A stretch of 64,000 nucleotides of DNA from Vicugna vicugna (taxonomy: Eukaryota). Position 1 is the first letter of the stretch; the number at the start of each line of letters is the position of its first letter. The notes beneath the pieces were generated by a model, which saw nothing but the letters and a program-made list of their open reading frames with translations, did not search any database and was not told where the DNA came from. The stretch is from the NCBI GenBank assembly GCA_013265495.1, contig MU058636.1, positions 1,364,001 to 1,428,000 on the forward strand, written 5' to 3'. Of the stretch, positions 1 to 16,100 are shown in pieces. The translations under genes were made by a program, and so were the position numbers.

Positions 1-739
1 ACTAACAAGAGAAACTGTGTGTCAAGCATATAGGAATTCTCTGTACCATTAAAAAACTTTTTTTAAGTAAATTTAAAACTACCTTAAAAATCTCCATTAA
101 CAAAATACTAAAAAGTACAGTAACAAACAACAGCCTCCCATGTATTCAATACCCAGTTTAAAAATAGCCAAGACATTTAAAATCTCCTTTATATCCCTTT
201 CTTTATAGTCCCCTCCCTACCAGATAGGACTATTGTTTGATTTTCATTCTCTTGCTAATTCTTGACTACTTCACTACGTATGCATATATTCCTAAGCAAT
301 ATATAGTATTGTTTTGAATGTTTAAACTTCTATGTATATAAATTGTCCAACTGTGTGTATTATACATCTCCCTCTTTTTGCTTCATCACATTTCTGGGCT
401 GTCTTGACTTCCTGGCATATATTCCATCCTTTCATGTGTTCATGCTTTTATTGTAAGACACTTACAATTTTTTATTTCTACGCATCTGCTGTTGTACAGA
501 CCTTTGCCTACATATCAGAGTTCCTGTAAGACACAAAGAGGGAACGCTGGAATTTGGTATTTCGATATTTTCGGTTTCACTCGGTTTCTCCAAATTGCTT
601 TCCAAAGCAGCTGTAACGCGCACCTACCAGCAGCTGCGTAGTATGTCTTGACGCACTGGGGGAAAAAAAAACTTTTGAAAGACATACAAGCTGGATAACA
701 CGCTTTCTTCACCACAGTTTTACTTTTGTCCCCACGTAA

Positions 740-1520
740 CCACCTCTACAGACGGCCGTCAGGAGCCGACGAAAAGCTCAGACGGCGGGTGAGACGCCGC
801 GCCCCGGAGCCCGGGGACGCAGGCACACACCCACTTCCGGCGCGGCGTCTGACGCAGGGCGGACGTCGGCACGCTCGGGACGTCGGTTCCTTGGGTCGCC
901 CTTGAAGGCCCCTTTCCGGGCTGTCTGGCAAGGTCCAAGTGTCAGCTTGTGTCGGTCTACTGCCTCGTTTTCGCAAGAAAGGAAAATATTCTCACAGGAA
1001 CGAGATCCCCCTCGTTCTCAGGGACGACGCTCTTCCCCAGAAGAGTGGCTGTCGGCCAGAGTTTCTTCAGGCAGTGCCGCGGGCAGCCCTCGGGCCCTTG
1101 TAAGGCGCGCGCCACAGCCCCGCCTCCTTCCTTTCGGCCGGAACCGCCATCTTCCAGGTAGGCCTTTCGCGTGGCTCCCGGCGCCCCTCGTTCCCCACGC
1201 GTGAGTACCAACCCTGTGGCCGCTGAAGTGGGGCATTAGAGCCCTAGGGAGACTGTCTAGCCTGTTGGGGCCCGCTGGCCTGGGTGGTGGAGCTGTGTCC
1301 GTCCAGACCGGGCGCGGCGGACGCGGGGCCAGACCTGGGCCTGCGCCCGGGGGCCGAGGACTCGACTGCGGCCCCACGTGGGGACAGGCTCAGGGAAGAG
1401 GAGGCCGACGCACGGGGCTGAGGCCACTCGGGTCAGTCGGGAGAGGAGTTCTTCCTGTGCGGCCACGGTTTCAGCCCCGTTACCCTAGGCCTTCGCGGAC
1501 AGGCTCTGGGGCCGCGTGGT
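740..1520 (+). promoter_or_regulatory. CpG island / RPL21 promoter (ETS/GABP ACTTCCGG 833-840; YY1-type CCGCCATCTT in exon 1)
   Basis: High GC and CpG density around RPL21 exon 1. The motifs are typical of ribosomal protein gene promoters. Island limits estimated by eye. Confidence 0.85.
1127..1157 (+). other. RPL21: RPL21 non-coding exon 1 with 5' terminal oligopyrimidine (TOP) tract
   Basis: CTTCCTTTCGGCCGGAACCGCCATCTTCCAG followed by GT donor at 1158. It splices to exon 2 at 3281 (TAATTCGCCAAAATG), matching the remembered mammalian RPL21 5'UTR. Exact TSS inferred. Confidence 0.85.
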
Positions 1521-3292
1521 CTCACGTCTTTCGAACTCCTTCAGTGTGGAGTTTTAACCTGTTTTCTAGAACCAGAACTGTAATGCTTTGGGGTAGGGAC
1601 TTAGGGGTAATAGAAACAGGTTAAAAAACAGGCGCCCGTTTTAATTTCCCGCGAGGTGTGTGCGTGTGAAAGTCTGGGGTCGTGGTCGGAGAATCGCAGT
1701 GGTGCCCAATGAGTCGACCTGGATGAGGAACCTCAGACCACTTGTCACTGATGCACGAAAATGAGTTCTGGTGGTTTTAATTTTGGCCCGGGATCGCAGT
1801 TGGGCTAAGGGAAAGAACTTTGTTTGCCACAGGTATTGATTGCTTTGTTAACGCCAGGACACCAAGTGTTGAGCGAAAGGATTCCTGAATATCTGCGTCT
1901 GGTTTAGAAGTTTAAGGGGAAAGCTGTTGAATAACCAATTAGATCTTGGTTTTGTGTCTTTTTGTCTAGTTTGTAGCAGCGAGCTACCAGAATTGAGCAA
2001 ATTGTGGGTTGCACCCCGTGGGTCCCATTTGAGGTAGTATTATAAAATCTGAAACACCATTGCTTGGGTTGTTGAGTATTGTTTGTAGAAACGCCTTCGA
2101 TTGTATGTGTATTGGATCATGATGGATTTCTGACTCGGAAAGTGGGTCCGTTGGAAGGAGCATGGACTCAGGAGTCAAAAATGACTTCCATTACTGATTC
2201 TGTCACTTTGTGACTCCGTAAAGTGACTTGGACCTGCAGAACACGTCTCCTTTTTATGAACTTAATGTAAGTTTGTATGAACTTGATGCAGTTAGGAATT
2301 AAAACGGTACTTGATAGATACTTAATTGCCTTTTAAAGTGAAGTGTGCATTTGTTGTGAATGGGAGACTGATTTATGTTAGAACACTGTCAGCAACCTAA
2401 AAGGCGTTTTGGTACATTTTTGCCTTGTGATAGGAGTAGTTGCCAGCTGTGGTAGTTCTACCCTTGGATGATTGGAAATAATCAAAACCATTGTTTTGAC
2501 ATTTTGGGGAAAAGTGAGATGTTCAACTCTAAAAGCCTATAGGTGAATTCTTAGATAAAGTTAAGTCCTGCTTACCAGTTAGCACCTTCCATGTGCTAGG
2601 AATTGCTCAGTACTTCGTAGCAGCATAATCTCAGTTAATTGTATAAGTATTAATTCCATTTTACATATGAGGATCAGAATTTAAATGTAGGTCTCTTGGC
2701 AAGTAAGTGCCAAACCTGTGTCAAAATCAGTTCAGTGATTATAAAGCCTTTTTTTTCTCCCTTTGGCCTTAAGTATGCTTCCTAGTAAACCACTGAGTAA
2801 TGTATGAAGTAAGTTGGGGATATTTGACAGTTAATAGATGCTGTATAAGAAATTGGTCACAGAAAACTAGGTTGATGAGGAAGGGGGGTTTAATCCATTA
2901 TGTTAAAATTAAGCAAAATTCCAGTGTTCTTGGCAGTGTAGGCTGGTTCTTCAGATGTATTGTGGTAGCAGTCCTGTTGTGATTCTGTATTCTAATAGGG
3001 AAAGTACTGGTTTGGGTTCTAACATCCAGTTCTGCTTCTTAGGCGTTTTAAAGTTGTAGAGCTTAGGCAGTAGTGGTAAAGATCTTACTTGGTAAAATGA
3101 CAAGTTTTTTTTTTCTCCTTTATAAAGAACTACTGATTGGTGAGCCAGCTTTTTAAGATAGTTCACTAATTCTGATGTTCCTACTGAAATGCGTGCATTT
3201 GTAATTACACATTTTTTGGTTAAAGGGCAAGTATCAATTTTGCAGTAATATTTTGACTGTTCTATACTTTTTGGTTTCAGTAATTCGCCAAA

Positions 3293-5312
<2,020 letters not shown>

Positions 5313-5325
5313 GAGGTGTAAAGAA

Positions 5326-5331
5326 AATAAA
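5326..5331 (+). terminator. RPL21 polyadenylation signal AATAAA
   Basis: AATAAA 13 nt after the stop codon, followed by GT/T-rich sequence. Short 3'UTR is typical of RP mRNAs. Confidence 0.85.
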
Positions 5332-8300
5332 AGACCTGCACTGTACAAATGTTGGTCTTAATTGAGTAGAAGTTTGTCCCCTTCCCCAAAGAACTATTTA
5401 AAGCAATTTTTAATTGTGTCCCAATTCAGTGGGTGTTATCTTTATTCAAATTTAGTGTTTCTCTTCCTGGAAGGTGTGAGATGGTTAATCGTGTGGTATA
5501 GTCCATTGATTAGGAAACTGCCAGATATTTATTAAATACTTGTACTAGTTTTGAAAACAGTCTTTCTAAATTCCTATGAAAATAAGGGATTAAAAAATAA
5601 GTGAAATATCTGTTGCATTACAGTTAAGCACAGGGAAAGTTTATTACTCATAATTGCACTATAAATAGCTGTCTTTTGAATCAGAACTCGGCTTTGAAGA
5701 CTATTACTTAAAAATACATTGTTTAAAGCCTCATCTCCATCCTGTGAGTTATATACTAGTGCTGAGTTTTGACCCCTCTTGCAACAGGGCTCAGAAAATG
5801 TGTTAGTGATCATTTGAATACCTTTTTTTTATTTCAACCAAGGATAAACATATTCAAAGCACTTTGCATAATGTACTCATAAAAAACTTGGAATAATTTA
5901 TTTTGTTCATTTTACAACGTTGCAGGTGCAGAGTGTTAGACAAAGATTCAAACCCAGAAAGTCTGGCTGCATCATCAGGTCTTGATCATTAGTGCTATAG
6001 TGCTTCCTAGTAATGAGAACATTTAAAAGTTACTTTGTATAGTTGGGGCACATTTTAGGTTTTCTGTTACTTCCTGGATATTTTTAATTGGATATGGCAG
6101 ACGTCCAAAAGGAAATTGATAGCATCCCATGCCAGCTGTCTTCAGTATTTGATACCTGTAGCAAGTTTATTTAAAATGGAAACCTTGACTTCTTGTGTTC
6201 AGTGTCCTCTGCCCACTGTTAGTCTTAAGAACAAGAACCTGTTAAATGCTGTGAATAGGTAAGACCACTAGTGTTGGTGGCCTTCAGTTTTGCCGAGTAA
6301 AGTGTGATGGTAATAGGACTGCTTGGGGATCCAGCAAACCTGGTTTTAAATCTTGGTGAGGGGCTAACCTAATAGTAAATGATGGTTATTAGTTTTAAGG
6401 ATGTGCATCTAGTGGTGGAGGCTTATGTTTAAACATATTGGACAACAGAAATGACCATTCACCACCACCACAGAAAACAAGGAGAACCTACACACTGCGT
6501 CAGCTGACATTCCTGGTCTGTTCTTTGGTCTCAGTTGATGGCACCACTTACGCACCCGTGCACCCATTTGAAGTTACCGTAACTCTTACCAGTCACTTTG
6601 CATATTTTGAAATTCCGTTTCTTGCGTATCTTTAACAGCCTTTTCTTCTTTCCAGGCCTGCCCCTTTGGTCACACTCTTCATTTCTCCCTTAGAATCTTA
6701 GGGCAGCTTCAAGGCTTCACCTTTACTGGTTATGCTGCAGGTGGCTTAACCTGTGTGTCACTTCCCTTGCCTGTGAAAAGGGTAGTGAAAGTGCCCTCCC
6801 CTCCCTCCAAGGGTGGTTGTGAAGCTTCTCTGGGAATCCAAGTAGGAGACACAACACGGTGTCACAGGTGAATGGTCAGTAACTGCTGGCTTTTACTGCA
6901 TGATCTGGTCCTAGTTCAGAGCTTTGTAGTTTTACTCCACAACAAGAATATTTCAGAAATCCAACTAATACACAGGTCCTAATAATTTCATTTTTTCCCA
7001 GGATATATGTAACTAGTCTGGTTCCTACTAAATTGTTTTTTTTCTATTTCCCGTTTTCCTACATTAAACTCTAGCTTTTTAGGAAAATTTGTTCATTGGA
7101 ACGGCTCTTTGTCACCCCAATTCTTTTACACAGGTACTTGACTTTGCGTGAAATACCTACACTTTGTTCATTTGGTGAGTTCCTGCTTGTCCACCTTGAG
7201 TCATAGGTGAACCGTTCTGATAAAAGTATTTCAAGGAGAGGAATGAAAGTGTTTGTAATCAAAGAGATTACTTCTGGCCTTGGGTTGATGGAGTGAAATC
7301 CCCCATATCTTTGTTCCCAGGACAGGTGTGTTAGCTTCTCTTACAGTGTTTACAATTTATAGAAAACTTCTGCCTTCCCCACTAGACTTGAGGTTGGGGG
7401 CGGTGCCTTACTAAATTTTGTCCTCCTAGTGCCTGGCACATAATAAGCATTCCATAAATGCTCTTTAATGGGAAAAGTACTGCTTTTTCTTTCTTTAATA
7501 GACATTTTTATTCTACTTTATGTCCAGTTTTATTTTCCTATGGATTTTACTGTAGTGTTTCTCTGAGTTTTGAGGGCTAATCACCATGTTGCTCAGGAGT
7601 AATTGGGATTATCAATCCCCCATGTGGTGTGGAAAGATCAAGAGACCTCAGACATTTTTTGTTTGTTCTTCAGCAGTTCATGTTAATCCTGCTTTCTGTC
7701 TCCATAAAAGGAGAGTATCATCTGTGAACTGGGATTGGACCAGGTGATTCCTAGATGTCATTTGTGCACTTTGAGTCTCTGATTCCGTATTTAACCAGGA
7801 CCAAATGAAGTACATTTGTGACAAAAAGGAAATGGGAGTGTAAGGTACCTTGATTCAGAGGGGTTGGTGATGCTGAACACTGAGAAGAGGGAGGGCTGCA
7901 AAGAGAACTAAAGGGAGTTACATTTAGGGCAGATAATCAGAAAATGTGAGCTCTTCCATCTGATGTATAGTGCAGTAATTTTGTAAAATATTGTCAGTGG
8001 CATACTATGAATATGCTAAAAGGTGTTTTTTGATCCTTTAAGGATAGATTTTCTTACATGCACAATGTGAGAATGGACAATACTGAGTTTAAAATGTGTT
8101 TCTCAGATTCTTGATTCATTCTGATAAATTGCCTTAAAGGGTTATGCCAGTTTGCTCCCCATGAGTGAGTGGAAGTGCTGTGTCTGCGCTTCCTCAGCAC
8201 TGGTCATTACCATTTCGTCTTGGCTGAGGCTAATCTGGTGGGAGAAGATGCTCTGCTGAGTTTGGCCTCAGCTTCTGGAAGGCTTCCCGTTTTACCTCTG

Positions 8301-9274
8301 CTGTAGTCTGTGCTGGGCTTCGTTGCCTTTCTGACCTCCAAATACTGAAGTGCCTTTATACTCCTGCTCAAAGCCCCTTGTCAGCTGGCCTCTGCCTGCC
8401 TTTCTGGCCTCGTACCACTTCCAGCCCCCAGTCAGATTCAGTTATGCTGGCCTCCTTACTGCACCTGGAATATGTCAAGTGCACACTTGGCTCAGAGCTT
8501 TTGTATTTGATAACTTGGTATTTTTTCTGGAATAAACAGGCTCCCTGTGGTTGGTTTCCTTTAGTCTCAGATTTTAGCTAAGACTTGCTTAGCATTGTGT
8601 GAAAATAAGCAGACTCCTTCCTCTGCCCCTTTCTGTGGAGGGTGACTGGCTTCCCACTACCTTGTGTTCTGCTGGGGAGTGTCATCAACTTACATCTACA
8701 AATACTTTCAGTTAGGGAATAGTTAATTGTTACCTACTCTACTCAAGGAGGTCAGGCACCATTCAGGAGGTTGTAATCTAGGAGGAGCAGTAAGGCCGGG
8801 AGTCCTGTAAAAACCAAGGCAAAACAAGGCACCAAGGAGAGGCAAGGGGCAGTAGAGGGGAGAGTTGGTGTTCAAGGGGCTCTTGTTTTCACGGGTTATT
8901 CCTGGCCTCTTGTTTCCTTGACCTTTTCCACTTAATGCTTCCTTGCCTTCAGCCTGCAGACTTGGAATGCCAGCAGATGAAGCAAGCAGCTTTTCCTTGT
9001 TTTGTAGCTTAAGTTCCATCTCCCTCTGCAGATCTGGCTTCCGCCTACACCACTCTAATGAAACTCGTAAAAGTTACCAAACACCTGCTAATTAAATTTA
9101 GAGACTTTTTCCATTTACTTCATTTCCCTGATGTTTGACAGCCGACAATTTTTTTTCTCTTCCAGAGGCTTCTGCTATCATACTTTACCCGGCTTCTACC
9201 TATATGACTCCCCCTTACCCTTCTTATTCTGGATTCTCCTTGCTGTTCCACACCTGTCACTCTCCTAAGTTCTT

Positions 9275-9423
9275 TCTGGGTGATCTCGAAGTATGGTTCC
9301 CCAGCTGGCAGCATCAACATCTAAGAACTTGGTAAAAATGCATAATCAGAAATTCTGGGGTTGGGGCCCAGCACTCCACAAGCTCTGGGTGATTGAAATG
9401 CATGATTAAATTTGAGAACCACG
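9275..9423. mobile_element. MER5A-like hAT DNA transposon relic
   Basis: GCAGCATCAACATC...AAATGCA..ATCAGAAATTCTGGGGTTGGGGCCCAGCA...TTTGAGAACCAC resembles the MER5A consensus. Confidence 0.65.
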
Positions 9424-10630
9424 GAATTTATGTTTTTAGCCATCTCTAACACGCTTGAGATTCAGATTTCAAGCTCACTTTCTCTGAAGCTGTAGATAAG
9501 TATTTCCAGTTCCCTCTTGGGCACCTCCTTTGGGATATAATGGTTCTGAGCAGAGTAGAGTTGAAACCAAGTTTTCTTAATAAGAGCCATGACTGAATGA
9601 GGCTGCATGGTTCCTTGAATTGTTAGTTCTTTCTCTTTTGATCTAGCTAGGTATTAAGGCCAGCTGTTTGTTTAGTTGAACGCAATTCCAAGGGTTGAGT
9701 AAAATATATCACACTTTGTGCAGTTTTCCCCTGTATATTGTTGCCAAAAACCCCATCAGTTTCATGTTCCCACTAGTGTAGATTAGCATTTTCTCTGCAC
9801 TTGGATGGAAAAGATTCTAAAATATAAACAATTGCTAAAATTTAACAATAAGAATTGCTGAAATATCAGAGGTTAGGTTTGTCTTACTTGAGCACAAGAG
9901 AATTTTAAACAATTTAACTTATTTGGAGTGTTTATAGCATATTCCTCCATCCCAGTCCCACTTAAAGGGAAGAAAAGTGATGCTGTTAAGAGACATTCAG
10001 AATCTTAGTTGCTTGGTTGTGAATAGTAACAGTGAGGCAGCACCTGCAGCTGTTACTGCTGAGGTGGAAGATGTGTCATGGAACAGTGAATAAGCAGTCT
10101 GAGGTTCAGCATTGGTTCTTTTTTTCAGACAGCGAAGTGGTGAGGAGCAATCGACAGACCATCTCATAAAGCCCCAAATGGAAAAGGCACAGAGAAAATC
10201 CTCTCATAGTACTTTACTAGCATGACTGCACTTTATGGAAATCATTTGGGTTGGAAAAGAAATGCAGTGGGGTACTCCTTACTGTCCATAAAATGAGATG
10301 ATGGCTTTTGACACTTGTGTGTGGTACCGTCCACCCTTGAGGATAGTTCAATGGCTTTCCATAGCCTCCAGATGAATTCCTTAGCATGGTCTTGCTTGCC
10401 GTCCACAGTCTGGGCCCCAGCCTTTTGGGTCATCTACCACATCCTAATCTTTGAGACTGCTCATGCTCCCCAAGCTTACCGTATGCTTCCTGCCTTCATG
10501 ATTTTGCTCATGCTGTTCTCAACTTGATAAAACATTTCTACCCATGTGTTTCCATCTAGCAAATATGATTGCAGACTACGTCATTTCTCCCTGTAGCTTT
10601 CTCTGGTTACTCACCCCCCCACTTCAGATT

Positions 10631-12535
10631 TTCTCGGGATAAAATTAGTATAACAAACTAGGTGTGAATTAATATTTATATACATCACAAAGTGATAACC
10701 ACCAAAGGTGTAGTTACCATCCCCACCATTTTACCCCCTTCAACCTTTTCGCCTACCTTCCAACCTCCGTCCTCTCTGGTAATGCCTAACGCGTTCTCTG
10801 TATCTGAGTTTTATTTTAAATATTTGTCCATTTTTTTTAAGATTGCACATATGAGTGAAATTGTTTGGTGTTTGTCTTTATCTGATTTACTTTGCTTAGC
10901 ATAATGCCCTTGAGGTCCGTCCATATTGTCACAAATGGCAAGATTTCATTTTTCTTTGTGGCTAGGAAGTAATCTTGCATATATATGTATATTCCACATC
11001 TTTATCTGTTTATCCATCCATGGATACTTCATATCTTGGCTATTGTAAATAATGCTGCAGTGAATATAAGCATGCATGTATCTTTGAATTAGTCTTTTTG
11101 TATTTTTTGGATAAATACCCAGAACTGAAGTAGCTGGATCATTTGGTAGGTCTGTTGATTTTGTGAGGAACCTCCCTACTGTTTCCATAGTAGCTGCATC
11201 AGTTTGCGTTCCCACCAGTGCACAGGGCTCTCTTTTCTCCACATCCTTGCCAACGTTTATTCCTTATCTCTTTGTTAATAGCCATGCTGACAGATGTGAA
11301 GTGATACAGTTGTGGTTGATTTACATTTCCCTGATGACTAGTGATGTTGAACAACTTTCCATGAGTTTGTTGGCCATCTGAATGTCTGGGAAAATGTTTA
11401 TTCAGATCCTCTGCTTGTTTTTCAATTGGGTTATTTTGTTATTGAGTTGTATGAGTTCTTTATATATTTTGGATAGTAGCCCCTTACCAGACACATAATT
11501 TGCAAGTATCTCCCATTCAATGGGTTGCGTTTTCATGGTGGTTTTTTTTTTTCTTTCTTTCTTTTGGAAGAACAGTCGATTACAATATGGGTTTTAGGTG
11601 TCCAGCACAGTGATTCAGTATTTTTATAAATTATACTCTATTAAAAGTTATTAGAAAATAATGGCTATAATTCCCTGAGCTGTATAGTATATCCTTGTTT
11701 ATTTCATACACAGTAGTTTATATCTCTGTTTTTTTATTTTAATGATAGTGCCTTGCTGTGCAGAAGCTTTTTAGTTTGATGTAGTCCCATTTGTTTATTT
11801 TTGCTTTTGTTTTCCTTGCCTTTGGAATTCGATCCACAGAAACATCATGAAGACTGATGTCAGGGAGGTTATCGCCTGTGTTTTCTTCTAGGATTTTTAT
11901 GGTTTCAGATGTTGCCTTCAGGTCAGTTCGTTTTGAGTCAGTTTTTGTGTACGGTATAAGATAGTGGTCTAGTTTCAGTCTTTTGCATATTGTGGCTGTC
12001 TGGTTTTCCCAACACCATTTATTAAAGAGACTATCATTTCTCCATGGTATGTTCTTGGCTCCTTTGTCATAAATTAATGTCCACGTGTGTGTGGGAAAAG
12101 GAAATAAAAGGCACTCAATTAGAACTAGAAGATTCAACCAAGGAGGTGAAAGACCTGTACACTGAAAACTCTTTAAGACATTGATCAAAGAAATTGAAGA
12201 CAAAATAAATGGAAAGATTTTTCCATGCTCATGGGTTGGAATGACAATACTACCCAAAGCAACTTACAGATTCGGTGCAATTCCTATCAAAATTCCAGTG
12301 GCATCACAGAACTGAGACACATATTTCTAAAATTTATGTGGAACCACAAAAGATCCCAAATTGCTAAAACAGTTTTGAGAAGAACAAAGGTGGAGGTATC
12401 ATGCTGTCCTGATGTCAAGCTATACTGCAAGGCTATAATTATCAAAATCAGTACTATATTGGTATAATACCGTACTATTTTTGATACCAGACATAGATCG
12501 ATGGAACAGAATTGAGAGCCCAGAAATAGACCCAC
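10631..12535 (-). mobile_element. L1 with 5' inversion (minus-strand part about 10631-12095; inverted part about 12096-12535) and a nested younger L1 3' fragment at about 11542-11727
   Basis: Decayed ORF2 peptides on both strands (e.g. [25 protein letters not shown] on -, KFMWNHKRSQIAK on +). Near-TSD CCCAC(T)TCAGATT at 10618-10630 and 12531-12542. Confidence 0.85.
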
Positions 12536-14152
12536 TCAGATTAAATTCTCCCTGTTGCAGCTGTATTGGAGTTCTCACCCCAACCTGCTTTGTCATTCCA
12601 TTTGCGTGACCAGTATTCTCCATCCTGCTCTCCACATTGGTGAAGATTTGAAATGAGAGAAACCCCTACTGAGGTGCCCACTGCTGAATGGTTCTGTGAC
12701 TGAATAAGTTGCTAAACTTGTCTGAACCTCAGTTTAGAAGATACTCTACCCACTTCACAGGATTAATTAAGGAAGAATTAATATACTTGAGGGTTTTTTG
12801 TGAACTCAACAGGAATATATAAATGATAGTTTAATGTCACTCCGGAGGTGTCTGAATGCGGGCAGGTGTGTCTTAAACGTCCTCTCAGTGAATGTTTATG
12901 ATAACGGAGCTGTTCTTTGTGTTCTGTATCAGCACTTAACAGAGCCTTACAGAGAGCAGATTTTCAGGAATTTTGACTGCTGCATTGTAGGGAGCTGGTA
13001 AAGGACAGAAGTATAGTTTTCTGAGGAAAACACTTACAGACTGAGTCTCCAGGAAGCTCAGTATTTAAGGATTTAGGACCTACAGGGAAGGTAGTTGATG
13101 TTAGGTGAAGGACGGCAGTTGAAGCAGGGGAGGACTTTTGGCAAGTTTTGCCTGAGGGCTAGAAATGAGCTTATTTGGCTGATGAAGGGTTAATAACCAC
13201 CCACGCCTGATATTTGCATATCACCAAGTTCTACCCTTCACACTCATCTACACACCCACGGATTTGTGTATTCATATCTGTGCCTACACATCCCTATTGT
13301 CTTTTTAAAACCACTTCATGCCTGTGTTATATTGGTTGCACCACAATTTTACATAATTCTGGACACAAAGAAACCCCAAATGAAATAGAACACAACCAGC
13401 AACAGTTTAGGCAAAGCTATTTATAATTCTGCAGTTCAGTAGCATATTGTCTGCGTTAAAATGTCATGGGTGAGCTTGTATATTTGCAGACACAAAGCTT
13501 TCCAAGGAGAAACAATGGAATAACATTTTAAGCTCTCTGAGCAAAGGTGCAATGTAAGTGCAAAATGGGACATAATTATCACCGGGCAGAGAACAGTCTT
13601 AGGAATCTTCCTCATGGGTGACCCTTAACCTAAAATGATCTTATACTTGGGATGCAGTTAGGAGGTAGGCCCAAGATTCAGCCAAGAAAGGGCTGTGTTT
13701 TCCCTTAAAAGGCCTGCATTTTAACTTGAGGAAAGTGAAGAGTGTTTGGCAGATCCCAATGATCCTGCTCCACAGGGATCCCCTCTTCTAATTTCTTGAC
13801 TTTTAAGGTGAGTGTAGCCTCCAGGGAGAGCTGGTCATGGCAGCCCCAATTCTTTGCTCGGTGCTTCAATACACTAGTTCCCAGCTTCTCAGTTCTGGCC
13901 ACTGAGATGTGAGCATCTGCTGGGTTCTTCACATGGGACGTGAGAGCAGGGGTGATGGAGAGAATGAGACACCAAGAAATGGAGGCAGGAGAAGTGATGG
14001 AGCTTGGTGATTAATCCATGTGGAAGTGAGGGGGTTAGAGTCAAGGCCACCTCAATGGCCAGAACTGAGCAGCAGTGAGTGTCAAGGGTCTCACCCCTGG
14101 GTCGTGCGCTCGGGCTGTGTGGTGTATGGAGGCACATTCGCACACTCGTTAG

Positions 14153-14702
14153 TGTGGTCTGTTGCAAAAATGGATCCCATTCCCCACCCATGTCTGCATC
14201 TCAGCCCTTTCAAATGTGGCTTTGCAGCTCCCTTCAACAAGGAGTGGAGTGTTTTTACCCACCCTATGAATTTGGGCTGGCACCATGACTTGCTTTGGCC
14301 AACAGAATGCAGTAGTGGTGATGGGTTCCACCTTGGAGCCCAGGTCTTAAGAGGACTTTTACACATCAGCTCACTCTCTTTGGAACACTACTCAGCAACC
14401 ATGACCCTGGCCAGCCTTCTGGGTGAGGAGACATGTGACTCAGTCACTGCCCCTCCCACCACCACAGTTTTATGCTGGCGGACTGGCTGCCTAAGGACAC
14501 CATTCTGCAGCCACCAGCCCCTGACCCCTGCCAGCTCTGCAGATGCGTGAAGGAATGAAAGATCACTGCCAAGGTCCGCTGAGCCTGGACTGGACTGGGA
14601 CAGCCACTCCACAGACCTAGAGACTTGTGAGCAACTGTGAGGAATTGTTTCAAGGCATTAAGTTTTGAGCAGCTTGTCAAGCAGCAAATGCTAACTGATC
14701 CA
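14153..14702 (+). mobile_element. MaLR (MLT1-type) solo LTR
   Basis: TG...CA termini; diagnostic TGACTTGCTTTGGCCAACAGAATG and 3' end GCAGCAAATGCTAACTGA. Confidence 0.7.
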
Positions 14703-15359
14703 ACCAGTATATGGGGCCATTAAGGGCGGGGGCGTCTAATAGGCCATTGAACATAGAAGCACAGGAGGCCGGAGGCATGAAGGTCTTCTAACCTGGAAGG
14801 ATAAATCCCAAGGCTTTTTTGCCTTGTCATGCTGGGGTCCCAAAACCCAAGCCAGGCCGTATTTCGCTTTTGTGTCCTCTTACTCCTGCTCTTCCATGCC
14901 CACCCTAAACTACACTTTACATGGAGAAATAAGCACTTGAATAATGAAACAAACGCATGACCCAAGTCATAGGACGGTGTTTGGTGGAGAATTAATCCAG
15001 AGCCAGAGCTCTCCATGGATGGAATGCTTATTGGGGTTCACTAATGAGTCCATTTAACCAGCGCCAGCGGCTGGGTTTGGAGGCTGAGCCGTAAACAATG
15101 ACTGCCCCAAGAGGCCTTCTCAAATCTGAAGCAAGGTCACAGTGACTGCAGCTCCTTTGTACTGATACTAAGTCAGGGCTCTCCCCCCCCCTTTTCGTTA
15201 ATGTCACCCCTCAGCACCTTTCGAAGATTAAAAAGGGCAACATTCGACAGGAATTTACCCCTCCCATTGTTGGAGAAGCATCCGGCTGATGGCACTTTTT
15301 TCTTTCATCTCCCAGCTCGTAATTCAGATCTCAGGTTCACCCACTGGTCTAGTGACCCA

Positions 15360-16100
15360 GGTTCGCCTCTGCGGGATGGAGGAGGGAGGGGCGGCCGGGG
15401 CTCAGGGGGCCAGGAGTCGCGCAGGCCGCCCCACGGAGCTCGTCAAGCAGCGGGGCGGGGGGCGGGGAGCGGGGCGCGGTGTCCCGGGCTCTGCGCTCCG
15501 CCCCCTCCCGCCGCTGCGGGAAGGGGCGGGAAGAGGAGGAGCGGGAGGCGGCCGCCGCGCCCCCCGCGCGCCCAGCCCTTTAAAGGCTGCGGGCCTGGAC
15601 CCGAGCGCCAGCCGCCGCGGTCCTCGCACACCGGTGTCCCAGCCAGCGCTCGACCACGCGCTCCATGCGGCCGCCCACCATGTCCGGACACTTTCTGCTC
15701 GCGCCCATCCCCGAGTCCTCCTCCGACTACCTCCTGCCCAAGGACATCAAATTGGCCGTGCTGGGCGCCGGCCGCGTGGGCAAGAGCGGTGAGTGCCCCG
15801 GGGACGAGTGGGGGCTCGGGGAAGAGCCTGGCTCTCGGCGGAGGGGAGGGCTGGGCGCCAGAGGGGACCAGGATGTTTCCTCGCTGGTGCGGGCCTCCCT
15901 TCGCCCGCCTGGCTTCCCGCTGCTTCTCCTTGGCCTTAGCCGAGGGGGCACCTGTTGGAGAACGGGGGCTGGTCCCGCGGGGAGAGCACCCACAGTCTCA
16001 CCCGCCACGGCCGCACCCTTGGCTTTGCAGAGCCTGAGGATGCGGGCAGTATCCGGGGTCCAGCGGTCGGTCACGCCCTCATTTCCCCGAGACCGTCCCA
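15360..16100 (+). promoter_or_regulatory. RASL11A CpG island/promoter with GC boxes, G-quadruplex-forming tract 15452-15474 and TATA-like TTTAAA 15579-15584
   Basis: CpG-dense region covering exon 1, with multiple GGGGCGGGG elements. Confidence 0.8.

Noticed and set aside
746..1624. Multiple Pro/Arg/Gly-rich ORFs at the RPL21 promoter
   Set aside because: Low-complexity CpG-island frames with no recognisable domains.
2115..2135. ATGATGG...CTGA resembling C/D boxes in RPL21 intron 1
   Set aside because: Imperfect C box, boxes too close together, no terminal stem or rRNA guide.
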